Below are positions 36,785-51,700 of a DNA stretch of 63,743 nt, one piece after another. Numbering within the stretch: the stretch's first letter is position 1; the number at the start of each line of letters is the position of its first letter. Position numbers and translations under genes: made by a program. Under the pieces are notes generated by a model. It was not told the origin of the DNA. It worked only from the letters and a program-made list of their open reading frames with translations, and searched no databases. This stretch comes from Ruditapes philippinarum. Taxonomy: Eukaryota. Where the stretch lies: assembly GCF_026571515.1 (NCBI RefSeq), contig NW_026864188.1:1-63743 (forward strand), in the 5' to 3' direction.

Positions 36785-39700
36785 GTAAGTGTATTATACT
36801 TTATGCAATGACAAATTGCACAATTACACAACAAATTGACGTGAATCGCACTTAAGATCATTCGTACTCAAGAAAGATCGACCCTTTACAGAAACATTTT
36901 TGGATGACGTTTTACTTTTTTCTGTATTATGCAAAGGCAGTTAAAATAATTGTTATACAGAAATTTTCATGAGTTTTTAAATTCTGTTTTCAATATAGCA
37001 TTGGTGTATCTTCAGCAGAATCCAAATACATTGTAATTTCACCATTGAATGATTGATACGTGATAAAAATTATCAAACTTCAAGTTGTAACTGTCATATT
37101 TTTATGAGCACATGTCTACAAAATTAAAGCTAGCCACTTCCTTGTCCGAAAGGGGACCCAGTGCCTTCTCAATCAGTCAGTGTTTTGAGATAGGGGATCA
37201 TGTTCTATAGTATAAAGTTAGGGGCATAGCCTACACGGATTGACAGTTTCCAAACTAGCCGATTTATAACAGGCTATCCTTATCAGGACAATTGAGAGTA
37301 AAGAGAACTGGTTGCGCATCTCTCTGTATAAAATGTATGTAAAATGATCTGACTTGTGGTAGGTTTAACTTTAACCTTAAATAATCAAGTAAATTTCAAT
37401 ACATTTAGTGACAAACAATGTGTGAAATTTAACCAGAGATGAACCTAAGATCACAAGCTTTTTATTGGCGTAATAAATTATAATTATTCATTAAGTCGCC
37501 CCAAACAAACTGGCAGTTTAAAAATGCCTAAATTTGCATTGTTTTAGCATTAGAGATATCGTTTTTACTCGAAGATAAGGGAAACAATTTGTATTTTTTC
37601 ACCTGATTTACCTAGGTTATTTACGTAGTTCATATAGAGACTGTCAATGGGTTTATTGGCATAGCTTTCTCTTCTTCCAATTGGAAAATTGATGAAGCTG
37701 AAGACCACTGGCAAAGAACATCTAAAAAGAAAACAAGAAATGAAGCTGATACCATTAGGCCATGTTTAAAAGTCTCTGGGCTCCCTGGTAATAAGTGTTT
37801 ATTTACTGAATGACGGGCATAGCCATTGTCATTAATATCAGATTATTTTGAAATAATAATTATATTGAATTGATAATTTTTTCATAAATTCATATAAAAA
37901 CCATTTGTTAAGTAAGGGACGTTAAAATCTTACACCAGTTGGCAGACTTCCTGAAAGTTGAAAAAACTGTCAGACATTCGGTCTGACAAACCATGAAAAT
38001 CTGTCGGACCGCAACGAAATCTGTCAGACCGAATAAAATTGATCAAAATCAAAGAAAAACTTGTGTTTGTATTTCTAAGACACTTTTTGGTTTTAATTTT
38101 TTCGCCGTAAAAATTGGCACTTTCCGTTCAGCGCATTTTCATCTCCTCCCTGTCATACACCAACGATTCATGGTCCTGCTTCCATTTGTCCTTGAATTTT
38201 GTCTCAGGTCTATTCTTTTCATCCTTTTATTGCTGTTCTGCGCGCTCCTCTGACGTAGATTTTCAATTTTTCCAAGGTTTGGCACCTTTAGCGACGCCAT
38301 TTTGTATACATGCGGCTTCCATAAAAGCCGGACAGTCGGACCGATCCGGAATAAAAATCGTCCGACCTGATCAAAATGTATCGGACATGTCCTTCGGACC
38401 GACGTATTTCAGGAAGTCTGAGTTGGCATATATACATGTATCTTATTTACACTGTTTACCTTTTCACAATGATCATTTAGACTTTATGGCAGCTCTTGCA
38501 CCTGATAGGATGTAAAGATAAGGCAAATATTTATATATCTGTAGTTGCTTTGGCTGACATCTACATCAGAGTATTGTGAAAACATACTGTTGAATTCTTT
38601 AAAGTTTTATAAAACTTTGTAACTTTAATCTGCAGAAAAATATGTTTTACCTTATATAGATTGCAGGTTTGCCATCATTTGTGAAAGTTGTGGAAGTTGG
38701 TCCAAGGGATGGCTTACAGAATGAGAAAGAGATGGTGCCAACTGCTGCAAAAATAGAATTGGTCAATAGGTTGTCCCAAGCTGGACTGCCCAGTATTGAA
38801 GTTACAAGCTTTGTTTCTCCAAAATGGATACCTCAGGTTTGTAGATGTTAATATTTACTTTTAGACAGCTTTGACTGTACATATTCATTTAGGCCCAATA
38901 GTTTTGCTTGATAAAATTTCAAAAAGCATTGGAATCACAGACTTTAGTTACTGATAAGCTCCGCCTCCATAGCATGCTACATGTAACATCACTTGTGTAT
39001 TAAATCTTGGAATATTAAGACGTACTCTTGTTGTCTCTTCTAGTTCAAATTATACAATAGTATACTTTACTGGACATCTCATTTGAGATATAATATTCTT
39101 GATAATATACTTGTCACTAAAACAAAACAAACAACATGGTGTCAGAAAAAAATGGAAATAAATTTTTATTAACTGAAACTAAAAAAAAAAAAAAGTGAAC
39201 AAAATGGCACTCTCTGGAATAAACCCACCAAACATGAACTGGGACAGTGTTAATCTACCTACAACTTGGGAAAAATTTGAACGAAATGTTAAACTAATAT
39301 TCAGTGGACCCCTCAAAGAAAAATCAGAAGAAGAAAGGATTTCATATCTACTAATATGGGTAGGAGAAAAGGGGCAAGACATTATGCAATCATGGAATTT
39401 AACCGCAGATGATAGAAAAAAGATCGATACGTACTTCACAAAATTTCAAAACCACGTTCAACCTAAATTAAACCCAATTTTTGCTAGGTACCAATTCAAC
39501 AACGAAAGGCAGGGTGATGAAAACATAGACTAATTCATCACAAAACTAAAATTGAAAGCCAATGAATGCAGATACCAAGAAGGAACAAAGGACGAAATGA
39601 TCAGAGATCGAATTGTTTTCGGGGTAAATAACCAAAGACTGAGAGAAAAATTAATTAACGAAGGAGTTTCCTTAACATTAGACAAGGCAATCCAAATCTC

Positions 39701-42700
39701 ACAAAATTTCGAATACTGTAAAAAGCAAATGGACATTCTTAACCCCAAGCAAGACATAAATTACGTCAAACATGGACGAAGGCAAAGTCGTGCCAAACCG
39801 GAACAAAGCGCTGCCAGGATCGACACAAAACAGAAGTCTCAAACAACTACCTGTAGAAATTGTGGAACATACCATGACATCACTCACAGAAAGAAATGTC
39901 CGGCATATGGACAGCAGTGCAAATCATGTAAAAAGTACAATCATTGGGCAAAAGTATGCCGTTCAAACAAACAGAAACATGTTCATGAATTGTCGAACAA
40001 TTTAAGTGAAAATAGTGATGATTCTTGTATGGATAACTATTTCATTGATACGGTAAGTCACAAAACATCGCCAGCCCCAGATCGCGCGTTTGTTGACATT
40101 AAGATTGGCCCGAAATGCCAAAACATTAATTTCAAACTTGATACAGGGAGCAGCGTTAACATACTCTCTAAGCGCAAATTTGAATCGCTCAACATGAGAA
40201 TCCCTTTGCAGGCCCCCGATTCTCAACTTATCTCTTACTCAGGTGATACAATAAAAGTTATAGGAAAAATCAGTTTAACCTGTAGCTATCGTACCGTGCA
40301 AGTTACTGTAGACTTCTATGTCGTTAACAGTGACGCACCACCGCTTATAGGATTACAGACATCCATTGACCTTGGGTTAATTAAACTCACATATGACATA
40401 AACTGCCAAAATACTCAGTACATGACTAAAGAGTCAGTAATGTCTGAGTACGGTGATTTGTTCAGGGGTGTAGGCATACTCCCTGGTAAAAGCAAATTAC
40501 ACCTGCGTGATGACGCTATTCCAGTAATTACACCTCCGAGACGTGTACCGGAAGCGCTCAAATCGCGACTTAAGCTAGAGCTTGAGCAAATGGTCAAAGA
40601 CGAAATTATAACGCCAGTAACGGAACCTACGGACTGGGTACACCCTATTGATGTGGTCGAAAAACCGAACGGAAAATTACGTATTTGCTTAGACCCAAAA
40701 CAGCTCAATGACGCAATACGTAGACCTCATTATGTCACATCAACACTTGATGACGTAACAGCAAAGCTCGCTGGAGCTGAATACTTTAGCATGTTAGATC
40801 TTACTCATGCATATTGGTCTGTACAACTAGACGATCAATCGTCTTGCGCCACAACCTTCGCTACTCCTTTCGGTAGATATAGATACTTAAGGTTACCATA
40901 CGGTATATCATCATCAAGTGATATATTTTGTCAAAAGGTCAATCAGATATTCGAAGGAATAAATGGAATACACCCTCTTGTTGATGATATTTTAATATGG
41001 GGAAACACGCAAGGTGAACATGACAAACGTCTAACACAGATTTTATTACGTGCGCGCGAGCAAGGTATCAGGTTTAATGAGCAAAAATGCACAATTGGCG
41101 CCAAATCAGTACCATTCTTTGGTCATATCATTACGGAAAGTGGGTTAAAGGCTGACCCGTCTAAGATTGAAGCAATTATAAAATTGCCAATCCCCAATAA
41201 CAGCGAAATGGTCTAAAGGCTTTTGGGAATGGTCAATTATCTCTCTAAATTCGCGCCAAATCTAGCAGAAGTTACAGCCCCCTTACGGAGCCTCTTGAAA
41301 AAAGATACAGAGTTCATATGGGATCATGTTCATGACCGAGCATTTTCTCAAGTCAAATATATTATAACACAGGCACCAGTATTAGGTTACTATGACCCGA
41401 CAAAGCCGCTTATACTGGAAACGGATGCTTCAAAATTCGGAGTCGCTTGTTGTTTATTTCAAGACAATAGACCTATTGCATTTGCAAGCAAAAGCCTGAC
41501 GCAAACTGAAATCGGTTATGCTGTCATTGAAAAAGAAATGCTTGGAATTTTGTTCGGATGCAAACGGTTTCATCAATTCACTTATGGTAGAGAAGTTATC
41601 GTACATTGCGATCACAAACCAATATCTGCCATTATGAAAAAACAATGTCCGCAGCACCGCCTAGGTTATCTAGAATGCTACTAGCTCTGTCTTAGTATCA
41701 GTTAATCGTAAAGCACATTCCTGGTAAAGAAATACCAGTTAGTGACTGCCTATCACGCCAAAGTCTCCCTGATACATACTTAAATATGTCAGACGAGCTT
41801 GATAATTACGTGCATACCGTTCAAAAACAATTGCACATTACCGACCAACGAATAGAAAATATTAGCGCCGAAACGTGCAAAGACGCACAAATGAAAATTC
41901 TGAAAAAGACTATATTAAACGGTTGGCCAGAATCTAGATCAATGTGCGAGCAATCAATCCTTGATTTCTGGAACCACCGCGATGAGATAAGCGTAGAAAA
42001 TGACCTGATATTTCGAGGTCATACGATTGTAATACCGAAAATTTTGAGAAATGAACTTGTACAGAAAGTTCATACAGGTCACATGGGAATTACGAAAACA
42101 CTTGAACGTGCTAAAGATTCAATATTCTGGCCAGGCATGTCCAAGCAAATTAAAGAATATGTTAGCAAATGTAGCATATGTCTTACATACCGAGACGCAA
42201 ACACAAAAGAACCGCTTATGACTACAGAATTCCCCGACAGACCTTACCAAAAAATAGCAGCAGACCTGTTCCATTTTCAAGGTAAAGAGTATCTATTGAC
42301 TATAGATTATTATTCACGATTTTTTGAAATAGACCATTTACAAAACTCAACATCAAAAACAGTCATTCTGAAACTTCAGAAACACATGTCGAGACTGTCA
42401 ATACCTGAAGTCTTTGTCTCAGACAATGGTAATCAATTTTCAAGCTCCGAATTCAAAGAATTCGCTAAAGAGTGGGGTTTCGAGCACAGAACTTCATCCC
42501 CCGGATACCCCCAGTCGAACGGTCTTGCGGAAAAAGGCGTAGGTATCGCAAAAAAACTAATGCAAAAGGCTAAAGATACAAACACAAACATTTACATTGC
42601 ATTATTAGAATATCGTAATACACCTCTTGAATGCGGATATTCTCCGAGTCAACTGTTAATCGGCCGGAGAACTAAATCCGTTGTGCCAGTTACAAATAAA

Positions 42701-45700
42701 GCACTGGTACCCATTTTAGTAAATAACTCAAAAGTGCGCAGTCTAATGAAAAAATCGAAAGACAAACAAAAGGTCAATTACGACAAAAATGCAAAATATT
42801 TGCCACCTTTGTCCTTGAATCAATCAGTACGCATAAAAATAGGAAAAACTTGGAAACGCGGGAAAATAGTAAAAGTACATAGTGACCGCTCCTATCATAA
42901 ACAACTTGCTGACGGCAGCATATATCGGAGAAATCGGTCAGTATTACGCAAAAGTCCGGAAGACACAACCGATATTGAATCATTTCATGCGCAAGTCTTA
43001 TATCATGATAAAAATTCAAGTACCCCTGAATTACCTCTCGAGGAAAATAACTCATCTCAGGAACAAAATGACCCGCCGATGAACTCGCGTGCTAGAACAA
43101 GGGCTGGACGATTGTTGCGTGGCAATCCGAAGTATGATAATAATGAATGGGTTAGATAATAACAGTTATTGAAAATAATGAGTTTAAAGTATTTTGTTAT
43201 CACAGTAATATACAGTGACTATCAAAAAAATAAAGAACTAAACTATGTCACGTAGAGAAAATTAATAAACAGTTCAATCAGTATTATTGAAATTAGCTAT
43301 GAATATTATTTTCTAAGCATGCATTATTATTTAATAACATAAATGATTTAAAATAAAAGAAGGAGATGTTCTATATTGATATATATTGAAACAGACTTTA
43401 GTTACTGATAAGCTCCGCCTCCATAGCATGCTACATGTAACATCACTTGTGTATTAAATCTTGGAATATTAAGACGTACTCTTGTTGTCTCTTCTAGTTC
43501 AAATTATACAATAGTATACTTTACTGGACATCTCATTTGAGATATAATATTCTTGATAATATACTTGTCACTAAAACAAAACATACAACAGTTTTTAGCT
43601 CGACTATTCGATAAGAATAAGTAGAGCTATTGCAGTCACCCGAGCGTGGGCGTCGGCGTAACCACTTATGTTAAAGTTTTTGTAATAGTTCAAATATTTT
43701 CAAAGTCCATAGACATATGGCTTTGAAACTTTGCACACTTGTTCACCATCATGACCCCAACCTGTAGACAGGAGGAGGTTTTTCTATCAAGCATTTTGAC
43801 AGAATTATGCCCCTTTTTCGACTTAGAATTTACGTTAAAGTTTTTGTAATAGTTAAAATATTTTCAAAGTCCATTGACATATGGCTTTGAAACTTTGCAC
43901 ACTTGTTCACCATCATGACCCTAACCTTTAAACAGGAGGAGGTAACTCTATCAAGCATTTTGACAGAATTATGCCCCTTTTTCGACTTAGAATTTACGTT
44001 AAAGTTTTTGTAATGGTTCAAATATTTTCAAAGTCCATTGACATATGGCTTTGAAACTTGACACACTTGTTCACCATCATGACCCCAACCTGGAAACAGG
44101 AGGAGGTAACTCTTTCAAGCATTTTGACAGAATTATGCCCCTTTTTTGACTTAGAATTTACGTTAAAGTTTTTGTAATGGTTCAAATATTTTCAAAGTCC
44201 ATTGACATATGGCTTTGAAACTTTGCACACTTGTTCACCATCATGACCCCAACCTGTAAACAGGAGGAGGTAACTCTATCAAGCATTTTTTTTACGATCA
44301 AGCACTAAGAATAGTCGAGCGTTGCTGTCCTACCGACAGCTCTTGTTTAGATATCTTAAGAATTGCATTGGGCTCATATTGTGCTGTACCTTCTTAGATG
44401 AAATTCTGAATATTAAAATAAAGAAATTGTTATGTTAATACTCTATGAAAATTATTTGGGGAGCACAAATAGTGCCTACATGTAACTACCAGTATTATAG
44501 TTTGTTGTGCTGTCATACTTTTTGCACAGCATCTTTATTTATTGACAGATAACAATGTTTTTTCCACATTGCTTTGCAATGTATTGTTACTTGAAGCTGG
44601 CCACTTCAGCATTGAGAAAAACTCACTTATGTCACCGATACTTTTGTTTACTATAATGTTACTGCCATGCCTAATTTAAATGTATAACAGGTGGCTACAA
44701 AATGTCATATGATAAGAGTTAATGTTGAATAGTTTTATGCTTAGTGACTTGAAATTTAACTTACCTTAGAGATATACTATGCTCAAATTTGATATTTGAA
44801 ACTATATTTAATTGCTACACAGTCTCTTTTTTATACGCCCGTTTGAAAAACGGGACGTATTATGGGAACGCCCCTGGCGGGCGGGCGGCGTCCAATTTTG
44901 TCCGGAGCATATCTCCTACATGTATGGAGGGATTTTAATGAAACTTCATATAAATGTTCACCACTATGAGGAGCAGTGTCGCGCACATGAACCAGGTCTC
45001 TAGGTCAAAGGTCAAGGTCACACTTAGAGCTCATTGAAAAATGCTTGTCCGGAGCAAAACTTCCACATGTATAGAGGGATTTCAATATTACTTGGCACAA
45101 ATGTTCACCATTGTGAGGCGGAGTGTCGGGTGCAAGATTCAGGTCCTTGCGGCCAAGGTCAAGGTCACACATAGAGGTCAAAGTTCAGATAAAAATATGA
45201 AGATGTGTATATGGACCATTTAGTCATCATTTATTGAGGGATAGTAACACAAATGGTCATTATCAAGACTATGGCTGTGATACATATAATTTAGGTCAAT
45301 ATATACAAGGTCAAGGTCACTAAAGATGATGAAATATCCAGATTTTGTAAATAGAATTTAATCAAAGGGAGACAACAAAGTTATTACTTTGTTCATAAAT
45401 GACTTACACAATTACTCCCCTTGATCTATTTTCACTTTCAATTCTAAAAATAGAATTTAATCAAAGGGCATGAAATAATCCTCTTTCTTGGACTTGAGTA
45501 TGTTCTAAAGAATGTAACATTTATTTACACATGTTTCATTCATTGGTCAAGATTCTTAACTGTGATAACTATGGTGTTCTGTAGACTTGGTATTTGTTCA
45601 TAAAGATCATACAGTAATTACCTTATCAAATGTAAATACTTTCTCATAGAAATTTAATTATATTTTAATTTTCAAGTAAATATCAGTTCAGCTCATTCAA

Positions 45701-48700
45701 AGATTAAGAATTGTAATGAAATGTATTTCCCTAGAATAAAATCTTAAATCAGAATTTTTTAGTTATTAAATTACTTGTACTTTTTATATGCCCGTTTAAA
45801 AAAAGATAAAAATATGAAGATGTGTATAGGGACGATTTAATCATCATTTATTGAGGGATTGTAACACAAATGGTCATTATAATGACTACGGCTGTGACAC
45901 ATGTACATTAGGTCAATATATGCAAGGTCAAGGTCACTAAAGATGGTGAAATATCCAGATTTTGTCTGGAGCATATCTCCTACATGTATGGAAGAATTTT
46001 TATAATACTTTATGGAAATGTTCACCACCATGATATGTATTGCTCCATGCATGATCCAGGTCTCCAGGTCAAAGGTCAAGGTCACACTTAGAGCTCATTG
46101 AAAAACGCTTGTCCGGAGCAAAACTTCTACATTCATAGGGGGTTTTCAATATAACTTGGCACAAATGTTCATCATTGTGAGGCTGAGTGTCGCATGCAAA
46201 ATTCAGATCCCTGCGACCAAAGTCAAGGTTACACATAGAGGTCAAAGTTCAGATAAAAATTTGAAGATGGTTATAGGGACCATTTAGTCATCATTTATTG
46301 ATGGATTGTAGCACAAATGGTAACTATCATGACTACAGGTGTTACACATTTAATTTAGGTTAATAGTGGAAGGTCAAGGTCACTGGAGATGATGAAATAT
46401 CCAGATGTTGTCCGGAGCATATTTTCTACATGCATGGAGGAATTTTAATGTTACTTTTATAGAATTGTTCACCACCATGAGACGTAGTGCCCTGCACATA
46501 AACCAAGTCTCTAGGTCAAAGGTGAAGGTCACAGTTAGAGCTCATAGAAAAACACTTGTCTGGAGCAAAACTTCTACATGCATAGAGGGATTTCAATATA
46601 ATTTGGCACAAATGTTCATCATTGTGAGGCTGAGTGCCGTGCATAAAATTCAGGTCCCTGCGACCAAGGTCAAGGTCACACATTCAGTGCATATCTTCCC
46701 TATTGATTTGTTTTAAGGTTCATTTAACAACACAGTGCCAAGAATAAAAACTTGCTTGCTAGATAACACTTATCCATAATGCCCCCATCTCCATCTAAAG
46801 CTTTTTCGTAAACGGGCGTATTTTGTGACTATGGCACCCTTGTTTATGTATAAAACTAACAATCATGTTTTGACTTCACATAAAGTAAAGAAATGTTTTA
46901 AACTCTACACACTATAGGTAAATGCAATATGAATATATAGTGTCATTAACAAAACTGGCAGTTTGTTTTTTAAACAAGGACCAACTTTACTTGACCCGTT
47001 ATAGGGAATCCTGTGCATTATTTGTACATTCTTTTATACAAAATATTCAGTGAGTATTTCATAGATTTTAATAAGTTTCTGCGATTAAAGAATTTTACTC
47101 AGAGGTCAGCCTAGTATATATCTTAAACTTAATTTAACTTATCTTTAACTAATTGTAACTTATATTTGACTTATTTGAACTTATCTTTGACTTATCTTTA
47201 CTTATCTTAGCTTATCTTAATCTTATCTTTAACTTATCTTTAACTTATCTTCATGTAGATGGCAGATCATGGTGATGTTATGAGAGGCATAGAAAGGCAT
47301 AAAGACATTGTTTACTCAGCGTTAACACCAAACCTGAAGGGATTTGAAGCTGCGGTAGGTTGTCTGTGTTTTGTTTTTTTACTTTCAATTTGTTTCTGTG
47401 TCACTATAATCAGGGATATATTCACATTATCTGTTACGGTGCATCAAAGTTGTGTATTCCTTAACATGAGTCATGACTGCATATTGAATTTGAATATATA
47501 TATATATGTACATGTATTGTTATTTACTTGTCAGATTTTAAGAAATCACTCTAAACATGTATATATATTTGTACAGTATTTGCCAGATTTATATATATTT
47601 GTACAGTATTGTGCATTACTTTTGTGTACACGATTATCTTGAAGGACAAAGGTTAAGCATTTAGGTTGGAGACATAAACCCATGCGGTAATGTTAACACA
47701 ATTGGTGCTTATATTTCAGTTAGAGGCTGGCGTTAATGAGGTGGCTATATTTGGCGCTGCTTCTGAAAGCTTCAGCAAGTGAGTAGCTTATACATCATTC
47801 TTTCAATTTTTGGTTTATACAGACTTTATTTTAGTTTGATTGTGTAGGAAGCTATAAGCTTATAGAAACACTTTCTAATCCGTTCCTGGAATCAACCAGT
47901 ACAGTGAGCAATGTGTGAAAAGTTCCTTGCTCAAGGAAGCAGTGACTTGTTCCTGACTGGGTTTGAACCCATGCAGCTTACGATCATTAGGTTTCTAGAC
48001 TCACATGTTAATTAACCACTCGGCCATGCTGCCACTTAACATTTGAGAGATGGCATGGTTTAATTCTAACACGGTTTATGTAATATGATGACTTTCAAAC
48101 TTCACCAGTGTAGAAAAACCTTGAATATCCCTCTCAGTGTTGTATCAGGCACAAACAAATTCACCAAATTGCCTGAAACCAAAATGAATAGCTTTCTAAC
48201 ATCAACAACAATGTCCCTAATGAAATTCTAGCCATGTTGTGAGGGGCATGTAATTCTAAGTCAGAACTTTTAATCAATCTAGCTACTAATACACTATGTA
48301 CTTGCAGTATTTGACTAACATGAGAGCTATAAGTCTATTTTTACAGAAACGGAAGAAAACACCTTATTCCCTTCTGTTTATTACAGATATCTAGCTGTCT
48401 TGAATCTAGAGTTTTCTGTTTAGGCATTTCTCTATTCAGAGAAAAACTCCATTTGATATTTTCATCTTTTTAGCTGGACTATTTGATAAGAATAAGTAGA
48501 GCTATTGCAGTCACCCGAGCGTCGGTGTCAGTGTCGGCGTCTGCGTCGGCGTAACCACTTATGTTAAAGTTTTTGTAATAGTTCAAATATTTTCAAAGTC
48601 AATTGACATATGGCTTTGAAACTTTGCACACTTGTTCACCATCATGACCCCAACCTGTAGACAGGAGGAGGTAACTCTATCAAGCATTTTGACAGAATTA

Positions 48701-51700
48701 TGCCCCTTTTTCGACTTAGAATTTATGTTAAAGTTTTTGTAATACCTCAAATATTTTCAAAGTTCATTGACATATGGCTTTGAAATTTTGCACACTTGTT
48801 CACCATCATTACCCCAACCTGTAAACAGGAGGAGGTAACTGTATCAAGCATTTTTTTTTACTATCAAGCACTAAGAATAGTCAAGCGTTGCTGTCCTACC
48901 GACAGCTCTTGTTACTTGTATAATTGTATATATCAAGGGTTTGACCGCAAAATTACAGTAACTTATATGAAATACAACACTTACAACAGTGTTGCAATCA
49001 ACCCTCGAATAATAATATTTCGTACATTGAATCTATTTATAATGTTGGTATGAAAGAACTATTATATCATTCACATTTCAGGAAGAATATAAACTGCTGT
49101 ATTGAGGAAAGTTTGAACAGATTTGATGCTGTCATGAATGCAGCAAAGTCAGCAAATATACCTGTAAGAGGGTGAGAGACATCATTGTTCTTTACTTATT
49201 TATTTTCTCTGATCATTTTATTACCTTGTTTCAAAGTAGTATTATTAAAACTATTTTGATAGCAGCATTGCCATGGTCGTCATAGTGCAAAAACTGTGTT
49301 TTCCTAGAACTTGCCATAAGGTTATGATAACAATTTATTTTTACTGTTTTTTGAATTTTATTAAATTTTTCATAAGATGAACACAATACGCTTTATACCA
49401 TTTAATGAAGGTGCATAGCTAAGTGAAAAGTATATCTAGATAAAATCTTGAACATTCACAATCACGCAGTTATTCATCAAAACAAAATGTGAATTCTTTT
49501 ACAGCCATAACACCATGAAATTGAATTTCATATTTATTCTTTTAGTCTTTGCCCTCAAGAGACAAATGTTATCACCGCATTCTCATATTTTATCAAACTC
49601 GTATCATAAAACAAACTAACTAGACTTTTCCACCTGATTGTTTTGCCTATGTTTCTTACATTTTCAGTTATGTATCATGTGTATTAGGCTGTCCTTATGA
49701 GGGAGATATTGCAGTTGATAAAGTTGCACAGGTGATATTATTGTTCAGTTTGTTCTTAATGTAACAATGATCAAACTTAGGAATGCTACCAAGTTATAAT
49801 AAATATAATATTGGGAATATGTACAGTCTCTAGATATATTCATGCCCACAAGTTTGCATTTAGTACAAACCGTAAGGTCAAAGAACAGATATCATTTGAA
49901 GGGGAAGTAAAACATGATGAAAGGGAAGTAACTGTGTCATTTTAGGAAGACAGAGTTACACTTCCTGTTATAATTTCAGCTTATGGTAAAACATTATTTC
50001 ATCAAAGTAGCAGCATAAATGTGTTATAAGTGGAGTGCTTACAAATGGAAATAATCTGGTGTTTACAAAATGGAATAGGAATAAGAAATGATTATAATTT
50101 AAATTTACTCCTTAAAACACTTTGCTTAACTTTAGTCTGAACTTAAAAAGTCAGTTTTTTTTTTTTTTAAAGACATAAATTTCATCATTAAATTAATTAA
50201 TTTTTTTCAGTTTTTTTACCTTGACAATTGCAAAGAATAGGGAGAGCTCTTGCACATTCTCAGGCATTGGTGTCTACTTTGCTTGCAAAACATGGATTTT
50301 CACTGTATAATGGCCCTTTATGAGGCTGTTTTATTATCAAGCACTGAGAATAGTCCTACCAACAGCTTGTGTTACCTTAAAACTGGTCGTATTTGAAAAC
50401 AACAAAAAAACAGACTGCAACAAACAGTAGCAAAAAATGTGTTGTCATGACAACGAATTAATGTTATTTTTAGCTCACCTGAGCATATGCTCAGGTGAGC
50501 TATTGGGATCACTCTTCGTCCGTCGTACATTGTCCGTTCACACTTTTCAAACGACATCTCCTCTGAAACCATAAGGCAGATCATAATAAAACTTCACAGG
50601 GATGTTCCTTGTGTGAAGCCTTAACAAAGCCTTGTTCAAAGAATTCCATTCCATGCAGAACTCTGGTTGCCATGGCAACCAAAAGAAAAAACTTTAAACA
50701 TCTTCTTCTAGATAAACAATTTTCTTTTAAAGAACCCAAAAAGCTAGAGCTAAGATATTTAGCATGAAACATCTTCTAATCAGTGTCTACCAAGTTTGTT
50801 CAAATAAAAGCCCTGGGGTCAAAATTGGCCCAGCCCCAGGGGGTCATTGATTTTCCCTATATGCATATAGTAAAAACTTAAAAAAATTTCTTTTAAAGAT
50901 CCCAAAGAGCTAGAGCTAAGATATTTAGCATGAAACATCTTCTTATGGGTGACTACCAAGTTTGTTCAAATACAAGCCCTGGGGTCAAAATTGGCCCCGC
51001 CCCAGGGGGTCATTGATTTTCCCTATATGCATATTGTAAAAACTTAAAAAAATCTTCTTTTAAAGAACCCAAAAAGCTAGAGCTTAGATATTTGGCATGA
51101 AACATGTTCTAATGGATGTCTACCAAGTTTGTTCAAATAAAAGCCCTGGGGTCAAAATTGGCCCCGCCCCAGGGCGTCATTGATTTTCCATATATGCATA
51201 TAGTAAAAACTTAAAAAAATTTCTTTTAAAGAACCCAAAGAGCTAGAGCTAAGATATTTAGCATGAAACATCTTCTAATGGGTGTCTACCAAGTTTGTTC
51301 AAATAAAAGCCCTGGGGTCAAAATTGGCCCCGTCCCCAGGGGGTCATTGATTTTCCCTATATGCATATAATAAAAACTTCAAAAAATCTTCTTTTAAAGA
51401 ACCCAAAGAGCTAGAGCTAAGATATTAAGCATGCAACATCTTCTAATGAGTGTCTACCAAGATTGTTCAAATAAAAGCCCTGGGGTCAAAATTGGCCCCG
51501 CCTGGGCTGACATTGATTTTCCTTATATGTGTATAGCAAAAACTTAAAAGTCTTCTTTGAAAAAACCCGAATAGCTAGAGTTTAGATATTAAGTAGGGAT
51601 GTCATTCGGAGTCCGGATATCCGAACGTTCGGATCACGATTCGGTGTCCGGAGCCAATTTTCGGATCCGGATGTTCGTAAAAAATATTTCAGAATATTGA

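Larger units (their letters stand above)
38937..43590 (+). mobile_element. Gypsy/Ty3 LTR retrotransposon (Mag-like) in HMGCL intron 2
   Basis: Paired LTRs, PBS TGGTGTCAGAA (39137-39147, tRNA-Leu-like), PPT AAAAGAAGGAGA before 43367. Domain order gag (two CCHC-type knuckles), protease (LDTGS), RT, RNase H, integrase. Confidence 0.95.

Noticed and set aside
40970-41000. RT motif LVDD rather than YxDD as an inactivating lesion
   Set aside because: Hydrophobic-x-DD variants are common in Mag-like Gypsy elements, so this is not evidence of decay.
43670-44290. CRISPR-like regularly spaced repeats
   Set aside because: These are full 164-bp tandem units with no unique spacers and no cas genes, in a eukaryotic context.
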